This document shows positions 39,135 through 51,876 of a DNA stretch of 64,000 bases, piece by piece. Below the pieces are notes generated by a model, which worked only from the letters and a program-made list of their open reading frames with translations, searched no databases and was not told the DNA's origin. Position 1 is the stretch's first letter, and the number at the start of each line of letters is the position of its first letter. Source of the stretch: Magallana gigas (lineage: Eukaryota); NCBI RefSeq assembly GCF_963853765.1, contig NC_088862.1:21762001-21826000 (forward strand). The letters run 5' to 3'. The position numbers and the translations under genes were made by a program.

Positions 39135-40320
39135 ATAGGACATATTAGATGGTGTCCAAATAATTTTCGGATTGTTTCTGGAAATGTTTTAAATATTTGT
39201 TACAATGCGTTCATCGTGGTGTGTTTCCAAACTTTTTTGTTCCCCAGAACAACATGTTTGCTAGTAAATTGTCTACAGTTAGATGTAAACACTCTCGAAA
39301 GTGTCTATTAGAACAGCTTAATATGTGTTACGAAATGGGTGTGACCTGTTTGTTTCAAAGTCCGACGATCAGAGTAATGATTGAACCAGTTATAAGTAAC
39401 TGTCTTGTCAGAGTAGAACCACTTTTAGGTCAAATAAAGAGCGTTGCTGATACCGATGATTGTATCAGAACAGAAATATATCAGAAAAAAATTTCAAGAC
39501 ATAGATATGGAAGAATTATCTAACTCAGAAGTACATGATAATTTTTTCAAATCAATCACATACAGAATATGAAACATTAACGTTACTGAAATGTACGGCA
39601 GATGTTTTAGTTGACACAATATTCATAAATCTCAGTATTAGTACTTCATTAGATAGTACAAATAAGAAAGACTACGGAAAAGACAGACTTAATTGTAACT
39701 TGTTGAAGCTGGCAGATAGAGTGGGTGATGTGTGTTGTTTGTTGTATCTTGCTTTGTATTACTACAGAACATGTCGATATAGAAGTGCTTCATGTTACAG
39801 CTCTGGTTAAATCAAGACTCACTGAGCCCTATATAATGTATAACACAATAGAAAGAGAACGGTTCAATGAATCTGTGGCTGGTTTATCTCTGTCTAAACG
39901 TATGAAGAAAACTTGAGTTTGTGATATTCGTCTTATAAAACTGGTTACATCCAGGGACTTTTTGTAAGAACAAAAAGCAGGTACCGACAGCGGTGAAAAT
40001 GCTTTGCATATTTCCCCCTATTTAATGACAGACATGTTAAGTGTGTTATGCAACTACAGACTAGGTAACTGGTCCCAGTGTCTGAAGTCACTGACAGACC
40101 TACAGACACTGCTACTCTATGACGACGGGCGATACGTTGTCTTACATCTCAGAGACCTCTCGTGGCAGATACTGGGGATCTGTCAGCACGTTGTGGGGGA
40201 CCTACACTGGGCGTTACAGTCTTATCAACAGTCACTGAAACAAAAGCTATGGCACAAAATACAGAATGCAACACAATATAGATAAGCATTAATAATGAAT
40301 CAATTTGAATTACATGAAAT
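39135..40320 (+). pseudogene. 5'-truncated, frameshifted cGLR paralog (end of Mab-21 region plus TPR)
   Basis: Homologous to cGLR from IGHITWCPNN onward; broken into ORFs 39197, 39535, 39725 and 40004 by indels and stops. Confidence 0.9.
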
Positions 40321-41604
40321 AGAATACAACACAATTTTTCTTAATTTTCATTGCAAAAAGAATTGCATTAATAAGACTGTTTAATAATTTACAATTACAT
40401 CTTGCTTTTTGATTATTACAAATTGTTTGGGTGGATGTCTTGAGCCAATGATTATAAAAGTAAGGAAAACTTGTAATTTGCTGATTGTATGATGCATGTG
40501 AGAGAAACGAAAACACGCAGATTTACAAGGTTTGTTATATAAAATCACGATTTTCAGGACTTCGTTATTGTATGATTAAAAAAAGAAGAATTTCCTGGTC
40601 TTGGTCGCACACTTAAATGACACAAAGTTGTAAAACTTAGTGGAAGTCTTCTAAAAAATGGCAATATTCATTTCATTCATTTATTACATGGTTTTACTGT
40701 AACATGTACATGTACTATTTTGTACATNNNNNNNNNNNNNNNNNNNNNNNNNNNNNNNNNNNNNNNNNNNNNNNNNNNNNNNNNNNNNNNNNNNNNNNNN
40801 NNNNNNNNNNNNNNNNNNNNNNNNNNNNNNNNNNNNNNNNNNNNNNNNNNNNNNNNNNNNNNNTTTTCGGGATATAGATGTAAATAATCTGAACAATGAT
40901 TTACAAGAGACATTAAATGTCTGTTTTTTCGGTGAGAAATATTTCCGACAAAGCTCTTGCGAACCTTGCACGCGAAGAAAATTGTGTTTAAAATATTTAA
41001 GAGAACTTCAGTGTCGCGTCCTGTTAATTTGTACTCTTTAGGTTATACCTCTTTCATTCCAGTACATTGCTATTGCTTTGTCCTGGAATAAATCCATTTG
41101 TAAATTCATTTTTATATTTGTTTAATAATATCAATTATTTTGTTATATCCTTTCTGTATATCCTGCATGCTTAATTGGTTGTAAAATCAAAATTGTCACT
41201 TATAAAATAGCCAAAGTGCAATCATGTCAACTGCGTGTGGAATTCAGCTGATGTACATGTATTTGAATACTTTTTTTTTTAATTTGCATTTGTTCCGGTA
41301 GATTTTGTTATGTTTAATAAATTTCATGTACTGGTTTTTTTCTTTTGTTTATAGCTTTGTTTTCTAAAAATATACGGATAAACATACAATCCAATAAAAA
41401 TTAGAAGTTCGATCCGCTGCGGGGTTTACGACATACGCGACATATCGGAAACCGGGGAGCGGATGAAAGTTCTAATTTTAAGTAGATAAAGGAAGTATGG
41501 GACTGACACCAAAGTAATCAAAAAGGAAAAGAGCGAACAAAGCCTGCCAAATCCCCCGTACCCAGGATTTTGAAATGGCCTATGAACATATATAAAAATC
41601 TTTA

Positions 41605-42177
41605 TATCTTGGTTAGTTTTACTACAGAACATTTAGATATAATGAGGCGCTTCATGTTACAGCTCTGGTTAAATCAAGTCTCACTAAGTCCTATATCTTA
41701 TATGAGGGAATAGACCGAGTAAGATACAATGGATGTGTGGCTGGTTGGTCTCTGTCTAAACGTATGAAGAAAGCTTGGGTATTTTATGTACATCTTGGCA
41801 AGGATGTTTATTACATTCAGGAATTCATTTTAGAACAAAGAGCAGTTAAAGACAATGGTTTACATATATTGAGTATATCACCCTATATAATGACAGACAT
41901 GTTAAGCGTGTTAAATAGCTATAGGCTAGGTAACTGGTCCCAGTGCCTACAGTCACTGACAGATCTACAGACACTGCTGCTCTATGATGACGGGAGATAT
42001 GTAGCTTTACCTCTCAGAGACCTCGCCTGACAGATACTAGGGATCTGTCAGCACGTTGTGGGTGACTTACACGGAATGTTACAGTCTTATCAACAGTCCC
42101 TGAGACAGAAACCATTCCACAAAATACAGAGTGCCACACGATATAGAATAACATTAGTATTAAATCAATTGGATTAA
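41605..42177 (+). pseudogene. cGLR C-terminal (TPR) fragment with nonsense mutation
   Basis: Homologous from YLG.YYYR onward; TGG>TGA at 42028-42030. Confidence 0.88.
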
Positions 42178-44619
42178 GTGAAACTGAACGCAACAAAATA
42201 TTTCATAATATTCGTAGAAAAAAAAGAATTGCATAAAGAAGACTGTTAAGTATAAAAGTAAGGAAAACGTGTGATGCATGTCAGAAACACGAAAACACGC
42301 AGATTTACCAGGTTTGATATTAATATCACGATTTTCAGGACTCTTAATTTTTTTTTTGTTTAAAAAGGAATTGCTTGGTCTTGGTCGCTCACGTTTACTT
42401 AATGATACAAAATTGTAAAACTTAATGGCAGTCTTCAATAAAAAAACAAAACAAACACCTTTTCAATTCATCATGCATTATATATTTTTTACTGTAACAT
42501 GCACCTGTACTTTTTTGTACAAAATGTCCGTTAAAGATGAAATTAAATCAAACACACAAACAAAAAGATAATCTAAAATAAATAGATTGATAGATTGATT
42601 GAAACATGTCTAGATAGATNNNNNNNNNNNNNNNNNNNNNNNNNNNNNNNNNNNNNNNNNNNNNNNNNNNNNNNNNNNNNNNNNNNNNNNNNNNNNNNNN
42701 NNNNNNNNNNNNNNNNNNNNNNNNNNNNNNNNNNNNNNNNNNNNNNNNNNNNNNNNNNNNNNNNNNNNNNNNNNNNNNNNNNNNNNNNNNNNNNNNNNNN
42801 NNNNNNNNNNNNNNNNNNNNNNNNNNNNNNNNNNNNNNNNNNNNNNNNNNNNNNNNNNNNNNNNNNNNNNNNNNNNNNNNNNNNNNNNNNNNNNNNNNNN
42901 NNNNNNNNNNNNNNNNNNNNGGACATTGATGTAAATAATCTGGCGGTGATTTACAAGAGAAATTCAATGTCTGTTTTTTCGGCCAGAAATATTTCCGAAA
43001 AAGCTCTTGCGAACCTCGCACGCGAAGAAAATGTTGTTTAAAGTATTTAGGAGAGCTTGAGTGTCGCGTCCTGTTTGTTTTTTTTACGCTTTATGTTATA
43101 CCTCTTTCATTAGGGTACATTGCTATTGCTTTGGAAATTAATTCATTTGTAAATTCATTTTTATATTTGTTTTATATTATCAATTATTTTGTTATGTCCT
43201 CTCTGTATATCCTGCTGCTTATTGTATGTAAAATCAAAATTATCAATTATAAAATAGCCAAAGTGCAACCATGTCAACTGCATGTGGAAATCAGCTGATG
43301 TACATGTATTTGAATACTTTTTTTAATTTTGCATTTGTTTCGGTAGATTTTGTTATGTTTAATAAATTTAATGTACAGGTTTTTTTTCTTTTGTTTATAG
43401 CTTTTGTTTTTAGCTTTGTTTTCTAAAATTATACAGATAAACATACAATCCAATAAGAATTAGAACTTCGATCCGCTGCGGGGTTTACGACATACGCGAC
43501 TTATCGGAAACCGGGGAGCGGATGAAAGTTCTAATTTTAAGTAGATTAAGGAAGTATGGGACTGACACCAAAGTAATCAAAAAGGACAAAAGCGTACAGA
43601 GTCTGCCAAATCCCCCGTACCCAGGATTTTGAAATGGCATATGAACTTATAAAAAACTTTATATTTGAAACTGTGCATCAGTACATGTACGAGTATATGA
43701 ATAATATAGAACTGCANNNNNNNNNNNNNNNNNNNNNNNNNNNNNNNNNNNNNNNNNNNNNNNNNNNNNNNNNNNNNNNNNNNNNNNNNNNNNNNNNNNN
43801 NNNNNNNNNNNNNNNNNNNNNNNNNNNNNNNNNNNNNNNNNNNNNNNNNNNNNNNNNNNNNNNNNNNNNNNNNNNNNNNNNNNNNNTCGGGATAAAGATG
43901 TAAATAATCTGAACAATGATTTACAAGAGACATTAAATGTCTGTTTTTTTCGGTCAGAAATATTTTTGACAAAGCTCTTGCGAACCTTGCACGCAAAGAA
44001 AATTGTGTTTTAAATATTTAAGAGAACTTCAGTGTCGCGTCCTGTTAATTTGTACTCTGTAGGTTATACCTCTTTCATTCCAGTACATTGCTATTGCTTT
44101 GAAAATAAATCCATTTGTAAATTCATTTTTATATTTGTTTAATAATATCAATTATTTTGTTATGTCCTTTCTGTATATCCTGCATGTTTATTGGTTGTAA
44201 AATCAAAATTGTCACTTATAAAATAGCCAAAGTGCAATCATGTCAACTGCGTGTGGAATTCAGCTGATGTACATGTATTTGAATACTTTTTTTTAATTGT
44301 GCATTTGTTCCGGTAGATTTTGTTATGTTTAATAAATTTCATGTACTGGTTTTTTTCTTTTGTTTATAGCTTTGTTTTCTAAAAATATACAGATAAACAT
44401 ATAATCCAATAAAAATTAGAACTTCGATCCGCTGCGGGGTTTACGACATACGCGACATATCGGAAACCGGGGAGCGGATGAAAGTTCTAATTTTAATTAG
44501 ATTAAGGAAGTATGGGACTGACACCAAAGTAATCAAAAAGGACAAAAGCGAACAAAGCCTGCCAAATCCCTCGTACCCAGGATTTTGAAATGGTATATGA
44601 ACATATATAAAAATCTTTA

Positions 44620-45192
44620 TATCTTGGTACGTATTACTACAGAACATGTAGATATAATGAGGCGCTTCATGTTACAGCTCTAGTTAAATCAAGTCTCACT
44701 CAGTCCTATATCTTATATAAGGGAATAGACCGAGTAAGATACAATGGATGTGTGGCTGGTTGGTCTCTGTCTAAACGTATGAAGAAAGCTTGGGTATTTT
44801 ATGTACATCTTGGCAAGGATGTTTATTACATTCAGGAACTCATTTTAGAACAAAGAGCAGTTAAAGACAATGGTTTACATATATTGAGTATATCACCCTA
44901 TATAATGACAGACATGTTAAGCGTGTTAAGTAACTATAGACTAGGTAACCGGTCCCAGTGTCTACAGTCACTGACAGATCTACAGACACTGCTGCTCTAT
45001 GATGACGGGAGATATGTAGCTTTACCTCTCAGAGACCTCGCCTGGCAGATACTAGGGATCTGTCAGCACGTTGTGGGTGACTTACACGGAATGTTACATT
45101 CTTATCAACAGTCCCTGAGACAGAAACCATTCCACAAAATACAGAGTGCCACACGATATAGAATAGCATTAGTATTAAATCAATTGGATTAA
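44620..45192 (+). pseudogene. cGLR C-terminal (TPR) fragment, frame still open for about 190 codons but without its own 5' end
   Basis: YLGTYYYRTCRYNEAL...WQILGICQHVVGDLHGMLHSYQQSL...NQLD*; an in-frame TAA lies just upstream of the homology start. Confidence 0.85.
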
Positions 45193-48100
45193 GTGAAACT
45201 GAACGCAACAAAATATTTCATAATATTCGTAGAAAAAAAAAAGAATTGCATAAAGAAGACTGTTAAGTATAAAAGTAATGAAAACGTGTGATGCATGTCA
45301 GAAACACGAAAACACGCAGATTTACCAGGTTTGATATATAATATCACGATTTTCAGGACTCTTAATTATTTTTTTGTTTAAAAGGGAATTGCTTGGTCTT
45401 GGTCGCTCACGTTTACTTAATGATACAAAATTGTAAAACTTAATGGAAGTCTTCAATAAAAAAACAAAACAAACACCTTTTCATTTCATCATGCATTATA
45501 TATTTTTTACTGTAACATGCACCTGTACTTTTTTGTACAAAATGTCCGTTAAAGATGAAATTTAATCAAACACACAAACAAAAAGATAATCTAAAATAAA
45601 TAGATTGATAGATTGATTGAAACATGTCCAGATAGATAGAGAGATAGATAGAGAGATAGATAGATAGATAGATAGATTTGCAGGGACTACTTTTCGGGAC
45701 AAAGATGTAAATAATCTGGCAGTGATTTACAAGAGAAATTAAATGTCTGTTTTTTCGGCCAGAAATATTTCAGACAAAGCTCTTGCGAACCTTGCACGCG
45801 AAGAAAATGTTGTTTAAAGTATTTAGGAGAGCTTGACTGTCGCGTTCTGTTTGTTTTTTTACGCTTTATGTTACTAGTATACCTCTTTCATTAGGATACA
45901 TTGCTATTGCTTTGAAAATAAATTCATTTGTAAATTCATTTTTATATTTGTTTTATATTATCAATTATTTTGTTATGTCCTCTCTGTACATCCTGCATGC
46001 TTATTGGTTGTACAATCAAAATTGTCAATTATAAAATAGCCAAAGTGCAACCATGCCAACTGCATGTGGAATTCAGCTGATGTACATGTATTTGAATACT
46101 TTTTTTAATTTTGCATTTGTTCTGGTAGATTTTGTTATGTTTAATAAATTTAATGTACTTGGTTTTTTTTCTTTTGTTTACAGCTTTGTTTTCTAAAAAT
46201 ATACAGATAACCATACAATCCAATAAAAATTAGAACTTCGATCCGCTGCGGGGTTTACGACATACGCGACATATCGGAAACCGGGGAGCGGATGAAAGTT
46301 CTAATTTTAATTAGATTAAGGAAGTATGGGACTGACACCAAAGTAATCAAAAAGGAAAAGAGCGAACAAAGCCTGCCAAATCCCACGTACCCAGGATTTT
46401 GAAATGGCATATGAACATATATAAAAATCTTTATATTTGAAACTGTGCATCAGTACATGTACGAGTATATGTTTAATATAGAACTGNNNNNNNNNNNNNN
46501 NNNNNNNNNNNNNNNNNNNNNNNNNNNNNNNNNNNNNNNNNNNNNNNNNNNNNNNNNNNNNNNNNNNNNNNNNNNNNNNNNNNNNNNNNNNNNNNNNNNN
46601 NNNNNNNNNNNNNNNNNNNNNNNNNNNNNNNNNNNNNNNNNNNNNNNNNNNNNNNNNNNNNNNNNNNNNNNNNNNNNNNNNNNNNNNNNNNNNNNNNNNN
46701 NNNNNNNNNNNNNNNNNNNNNNNNNNNNNNNNNNNNNNNNNNNNNNNNNNNNNNNNNNNNNNNNNNNNNNNNNNNNNNNNNNNNNNNNNNNNNNNNNNNN
46801 NNNNNNNNNNNNNNNNNNNNNNNNNNNNNNNNNTCTGTACTCTAGATCTCGCAATTGATAACTGGCAAATTCCGATAGCTAAAATAGATATTGTCAAAAC
46901 AGCATTTAACAGTCATTGGAGGCCTATTTCATTTTGATTTGGTGCAGTTTTGTCTTTCTTATGTCTCTGACACATATGAGAGACTGATGGAAACTGTTCT
47001 AAAGAATTTACAACGGTAAAAATGTTTGTGCTACCTTGATGATGACATAGAATGTCATCTGCGTGTGGAATTCAGTTACTGTTGTTATATCTAAAAACAT
47101 GTTTCAATTTTGCATTTGTTTCTGTAGATTTTGTAGTTATAGTTAATAAATTAGTGTTTGGGTTTTTTCTATAGATTTATCCTTTAAATGTATACCGATA
47201 TACATATAAAACTTCGAAATTACAGTATGTGTGTAAAAGACAAGGACAAACTAATATATTCCAAATGCTGATCTAGGTTTTTTTTATTATTTAATATACA
47301 TTGTTAATTGTTCACTACTATTAGACTGGTCATTGTTACATTCAAATAAAACTACGACACAACACCATTGCTTAATTGCATACTGTAAAAAAAAAATAGG
47401 AACATGTTGCATATCTTTAATTTGATATTACTTCTGGTAATTGAAGAAACCGATATCAATCAACTGTTAACTAAACATACGTATTCCGTTATCATTGGTT
47501 CAAAATACACTGTCTACTGTTTCATTTTGACCATATATATCCATTAGACCCTGCACATATACTTGCGGACTTTTCTGCGCGTTTTACAAAAGAACTGATG
47601 ACTTGCGACAAAATTCTTCAGTGCTTTTAATTACAAATTAATCAATGTTTTATTCTATTGACAATCAAACATAATAGTTGAAATCAAAATACTTGTAATT
47701 AATTAGTATTATATATTTTTTTTCTTCAACGATCATTCCACGAGAGTGAAAATAGTTAAGACTTTGTCGTAAGTTCTTTTGTAAAACGCGGTCGCAAACC
47801 AATCAGATCAAAGCTGTATATTCTTTTTTATTTTAAATTTCCTTTGTTGTTGTTGGGGAGGGGCGTATTTTGCCACTCACAACCGATAGCGATTATTAAC
47901 GAATAGCAGTTTTTTTTTAATTTGAAAATATGTTTTATTAGTAGAAATAGTAGCTATTCAATATAGACAACAAAATAAATTAATGAAACGTATATATGTC
48001 TGAACACAAATTTAAAGTAAGATTAAAGATAGAACAGGAACAAACGTTAAACTCAGTGCAACGTTTTACACACGACATCGATATCATCCGTATGTCGTTT

Positions 48101-48632
48101 TCCTTTGACTTCTTCTCCTTTTTTTAAATTTAAAATGTTAAACTCTTACTTCTATTCACACTATAAAATGCAAAGAAACGAGTAGAAAATAACGATAAAT
48201 AAACAATTATTATATACAAAACATAACATTACTCAATACTTGTAGCAACAGGTGACCTGTGCGCGGATCTAGACTTTTTCCTCTTGGAGAATATTACTGC
48301 TTGCAGAAAGGGGAGGGTGAGGTTGATGCCTATTTTTTGGTAACGTCTTTACTTAATTTTAAAATTTTTAATTTTCCAGTAGGGGGTCAAGGCCTAGATC
48401 CGTGCATTTGTGTTTAGTACATAAAATGCATGAGACATTTAGCAAATGTGACCGTGCTTAAGAGTGTTAGTGAACTTCATCAGCATATCGGCTTCTTCAC
48501 CGGTGTAACCCTTGAAATAAAATATATGGCCCCATCGAACCCAACATATTGAAGTCACTCAGCGCAGTTCTTATTAACTGATTTCGTAATTTAAGATAAA
48601 TTCATAACATTTTTGAGCTATATATTCATATT

Positions 48633-49435
48633 TCAGGGTTCACATGACGGAAGTTGGTGACGGCGGGTCCGGGAATCTGAAGGAATATGTAGTGGAAAAG
48701 TGCTCTTCATGAGTGTCGGTACTTCTGCACTTTGTGGAGCTGTGTGGAGTAATGGCTGTGTCTGTCTGTCCGTGTCAAACCTGTTGTTTGTATTATTGTT
48801 GCTGTTGTTTTCTATCGTCTGTTTGTAGTAATCGTCACGTTCGTCCTCATGTGCACGGCAGATCTGTTGAGCCAATTTGTGCACGCTGTAGTTACCTAAT
48901 TTTCTTCAATCGAGCACGACCATGTCCGTTGATGTCATCATCTTCTGATACCCCGGATGTTGCGCTGTTCAGACACGGTCTCAGAAAGAAAAAGCCGGTC
49001 CAAGCACCCACTCCCAGCGAGATCCACACCCACATGTTTCCGGACAACACAGCGAGAACGACGCTGAGGCGTAGCACTGTCAGGACCACGTGACACGTGG
49101 ACAGACCCAAATGCATTGGGACTTTGTGTTTTCTGTGAAATTAGATTTAAAAGCTTGTATAATTTAATCTAGATTATTTAATTTTTATATTGTTTAATGT
49201 CAATCAAATGATTGCATGCGTTTGTTTAAAACTTCAATTTAATAAAGCATCATCATCGTCATCGTCATCGTCATCATTATAATCGTCTCCACTCTGTAAA
49301 GGAAAGGGTTTTTTTGGCGGGGGGGGGGGGGGGGTTACCTGTTGTGCAACTTGAGCTCTTGGATTTTGATGAACACGTCTAAGGCTTCACATAGGAAAGC
49401 TGCCGTCACGGTGTACAAAATTGCTCCCACCAGAC
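48633..49435 (-). pseudogene. Second copy of the CTR-like gene, lacking exon 1 and frameshifted
   Basis: Exons 49435-49339 and 49132 onward. An 8-bp deletion (cagtccgg) gives LKKIR* at 48894-48892; about 400 bp of the tail (35307-35706 equivalent) is missing; exon 1 lies beyond the duplication junction. Confidence 0.8.
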
Positions 49436-49771
49436 CTGAATATAACAATAAGAAAATTTCATTTTTATAATATTTATGCTCCTCACCACTCTAGATTATG
49501 ATCATGTTAATATATAAAATATACGTTTGATTGCTATCAAAGCTGGTTTTACTATTGTTAAATTTGACCGTAATTTTAAATAAATTAATATTTAGATGGA
49601 AATATTACATTGGAATTGTTCTTTTAAATCGATTATTTCCAATTCGAACGAATAATGGATGAATAAAAGATTATTAATTGTTGGGGAACCAAAAACACAT
49701 TAATATTTCATGTTTCGTGTCTAAATGCGCATGCGCCATGGAGACAACACTAACGTGTGGCGTGTTCAGCA

Positions 49772-50078
49772 GAGCGGGTGCTCGTGAGCTAGCGCTTGCC
49801 ATAATTACCTATACATAACGGGTGCTCGTGAGCACTTGCCATAATTACCTATACAGCGCGGTGCTCGTGAGCGCTTGCCATAATTACCTTTACAGAGCGG
49901 GTGCTTGCGAGCGCTTGCCATAATAACCTATACAGCGCGGTGCTCGTGAGCGCTTGTCATAATAACCTATACAGGGCGGGTGCTCGCGAGCGCTTGCCAT
50001 AATTACCTATACAGCGCGGTGCTCGTGAGCGCTTGCCATAATTACCTTTACAGAGCGGGTGCTCGTGAGCGCTCGCAA
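49772..50078. repeat. 39-40-bp minisatellite, about 7.5 units
   Basis: Same unit as at 16141; eight gtgct cores at about 40-bp spacing. Confidence 0.9.
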
Positions 50079-50714
50079 AAGTTCTCTATACCTGCATGCA
50101 CAATAATTTTAGCAAGCGCTCACGAGCACTCACACTGCTTAACGCACATCTGATAGAGTTATATCTCACCTGCGCCATTATGATTGATGTTAGTTACTTA
50201 CATACATGTACATTCTTAATTCTCAGTTTCTTGCAAAACATACACAATTCAATTTGCCATTCGAACGGACATTTAACAGAAACAAAAGTTATATTTAGGG
50301 TTTAATAATTTCATGTATATGTTATAATATATACAAGTCCTTGATTCTAAGGAAAAGATTGGTTTGTTTCTTGTTACAAATATTACGATTTGAACTATTT
50401 CATAGATAATATTAATAATTTTTTTTGTTTTCAACAGCACTCGAAAAAAGGAGAGGGAAAGGAAAGCTAGAAAACAGGAAGGAAATATGACAAAAACAGG
50501 TCAAAGGTTAGCTGCTTTAAAAAATGACAATATATATTCATAGAAAGTTTACTGCAAAAATTTGACATTTTTGACAAAATAAAGTATTATTTTTCTCCAG
50601 TCAATTATAACAGCAATTTCATTACGATACCTTTAATATAGGATATTAGTTGCTTCGCTGTAAAAGCAAGCTTAACAGTATTTTTTGTTCTGTTTAATTT
50701 TAAATCATCTTTGA

Positions 50715-50927
50715 CTGTAAACGTATTACTAGTATAATTAGCGTGTACGATATTTGGCGGAATATGATTTTTCAACAAGTTTGCGTGGATTTGATTTAGC
50801 GCGTTCCTGAATGTACCTATTTATCAACTTATATATTTTACATTTGGCGATGTACTTGATTTAGCGGACGCCCTTTACCGCCAAAAACGCTAAATAGAAT
50901 ACACAGCCAAGTGTAATACGTTTACAG
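50715..50927. mobile_element. 213-bp MITE, copy-2 specific
   Basis: Perfect 15-bp TIR CTGTAAACGTATTAC/GTAATACGTTTACAG; absent at the paralogous site near 17200. Confidence 0.8.
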
Positions 50928-51876
50928 AATTTTTGTCGTTTATTTGTTTTTGTTTTATCTTTTCAAATTGTCATAATTATCATATTATAATGTTGGTTTC
51001 GTTTGGTCTTTTTTTTTTTTGGTCTTAAGGTGTTAAACAAATCGATTTTAATACAATAAAAAGCAAACACAATAAAAACTATAAACTGAGACTTTGCCAG
51101 TGAAAGGAATAACCTCTATGCTAAAAGTTGATAATGTTATTGAATAGTTCAATAATCATTCGGTCGACTTTCATACAAACCTCTTGTCTTAATTTTAATC
51201 CAAATCCGACGGATTTAAATAGTTTCTTTTCTCTCTACGCATTGATCTTTGATGAAGTTACGACTAAAGCGACTAACAGTATACATTTCAAATTAGCGCA
51301 TTGATAGACAAACAGACGAGAAAGATGACCCATTAATAATTCTCAGAGAAGACATCGAGAGAATCAGGGCATCCATATCCGACTCTTCATTTACTTACAG
51401 GTAAGGTATGAAAATCTCGAGATAGTTACTTTTAGCGAGAACTATTTCTGGCGAGAATTTATATTCACGAAGCCCTTACAGGCATATCATATTTGCTAGC
51501 CAAATATTTGATATAGATTGATTTGTTTATGATTTTGAAAATTAATACATATTAATCCATATAATGAATACAAATACATACATGTATCTACGATGAAATG
51601 TTTAGGCGCTCACATACAGATTACATGTATTTCCAGGTACATGTGAAACTTGTAAAAACATGTTCATTAACATATTTTTAAAAGTATGTATATATAGCAC
51701 ATTAAATTAGTCTTAACATTATAAACAAATACAAGGTACCAATGAATCCCAGTGTCCTCTCGATCGTGAAAGACGCAAACAAATTTTACTAAACAAATCT
51801 TATTTTCTGATATAAAAATGTGGCCAAAAATATTATATCATCGGAAAAACTTACAAAATTTACAACATAGTGCATT

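Larger units (their letters stand above)
40864..46486 (+). repeat. ~3.0-kb tandem duplication (offset about 3015), each unit built from two ~0.75-kb paralogous cGLR 3' flanks around a cGLR TPR fragment
   Basis: 40864-43716 matches 43887-46486; the blocks at 40864, 42921, 43887 and 45690 resemble each other and 33763-34300. Several boundaries fall in N-gaps. Confidence 0.8.

Noticed and set aside
41426-41632. Recurrent 68-aa minus-strand ORF (also 44441-44647)
   Set aside because: It is conserved only because the DNA is recently duplicated; it spans a rearrangement junction and has no coding signature.
42548-43996. Long ORFs containing X runs (also 11299, 33517, 40677, 46316, 59801)
   Set aside because: Artefacts of translating through N gaps.
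39135-45192. cGLR 3' fragments as 5'-truncated retrocopies
   Set aside because: There are no poly(A) tails or TSDs, and hundreds of bp of genomic 3' flank are copied with them, which indicates DNA-level duplication.
49772-50078. Regular 40-bp repeats as a CRISPR array
   Set aside because: The units are contiguous with no unique spacers, the context is eukaryotic, and there are no cas genes.
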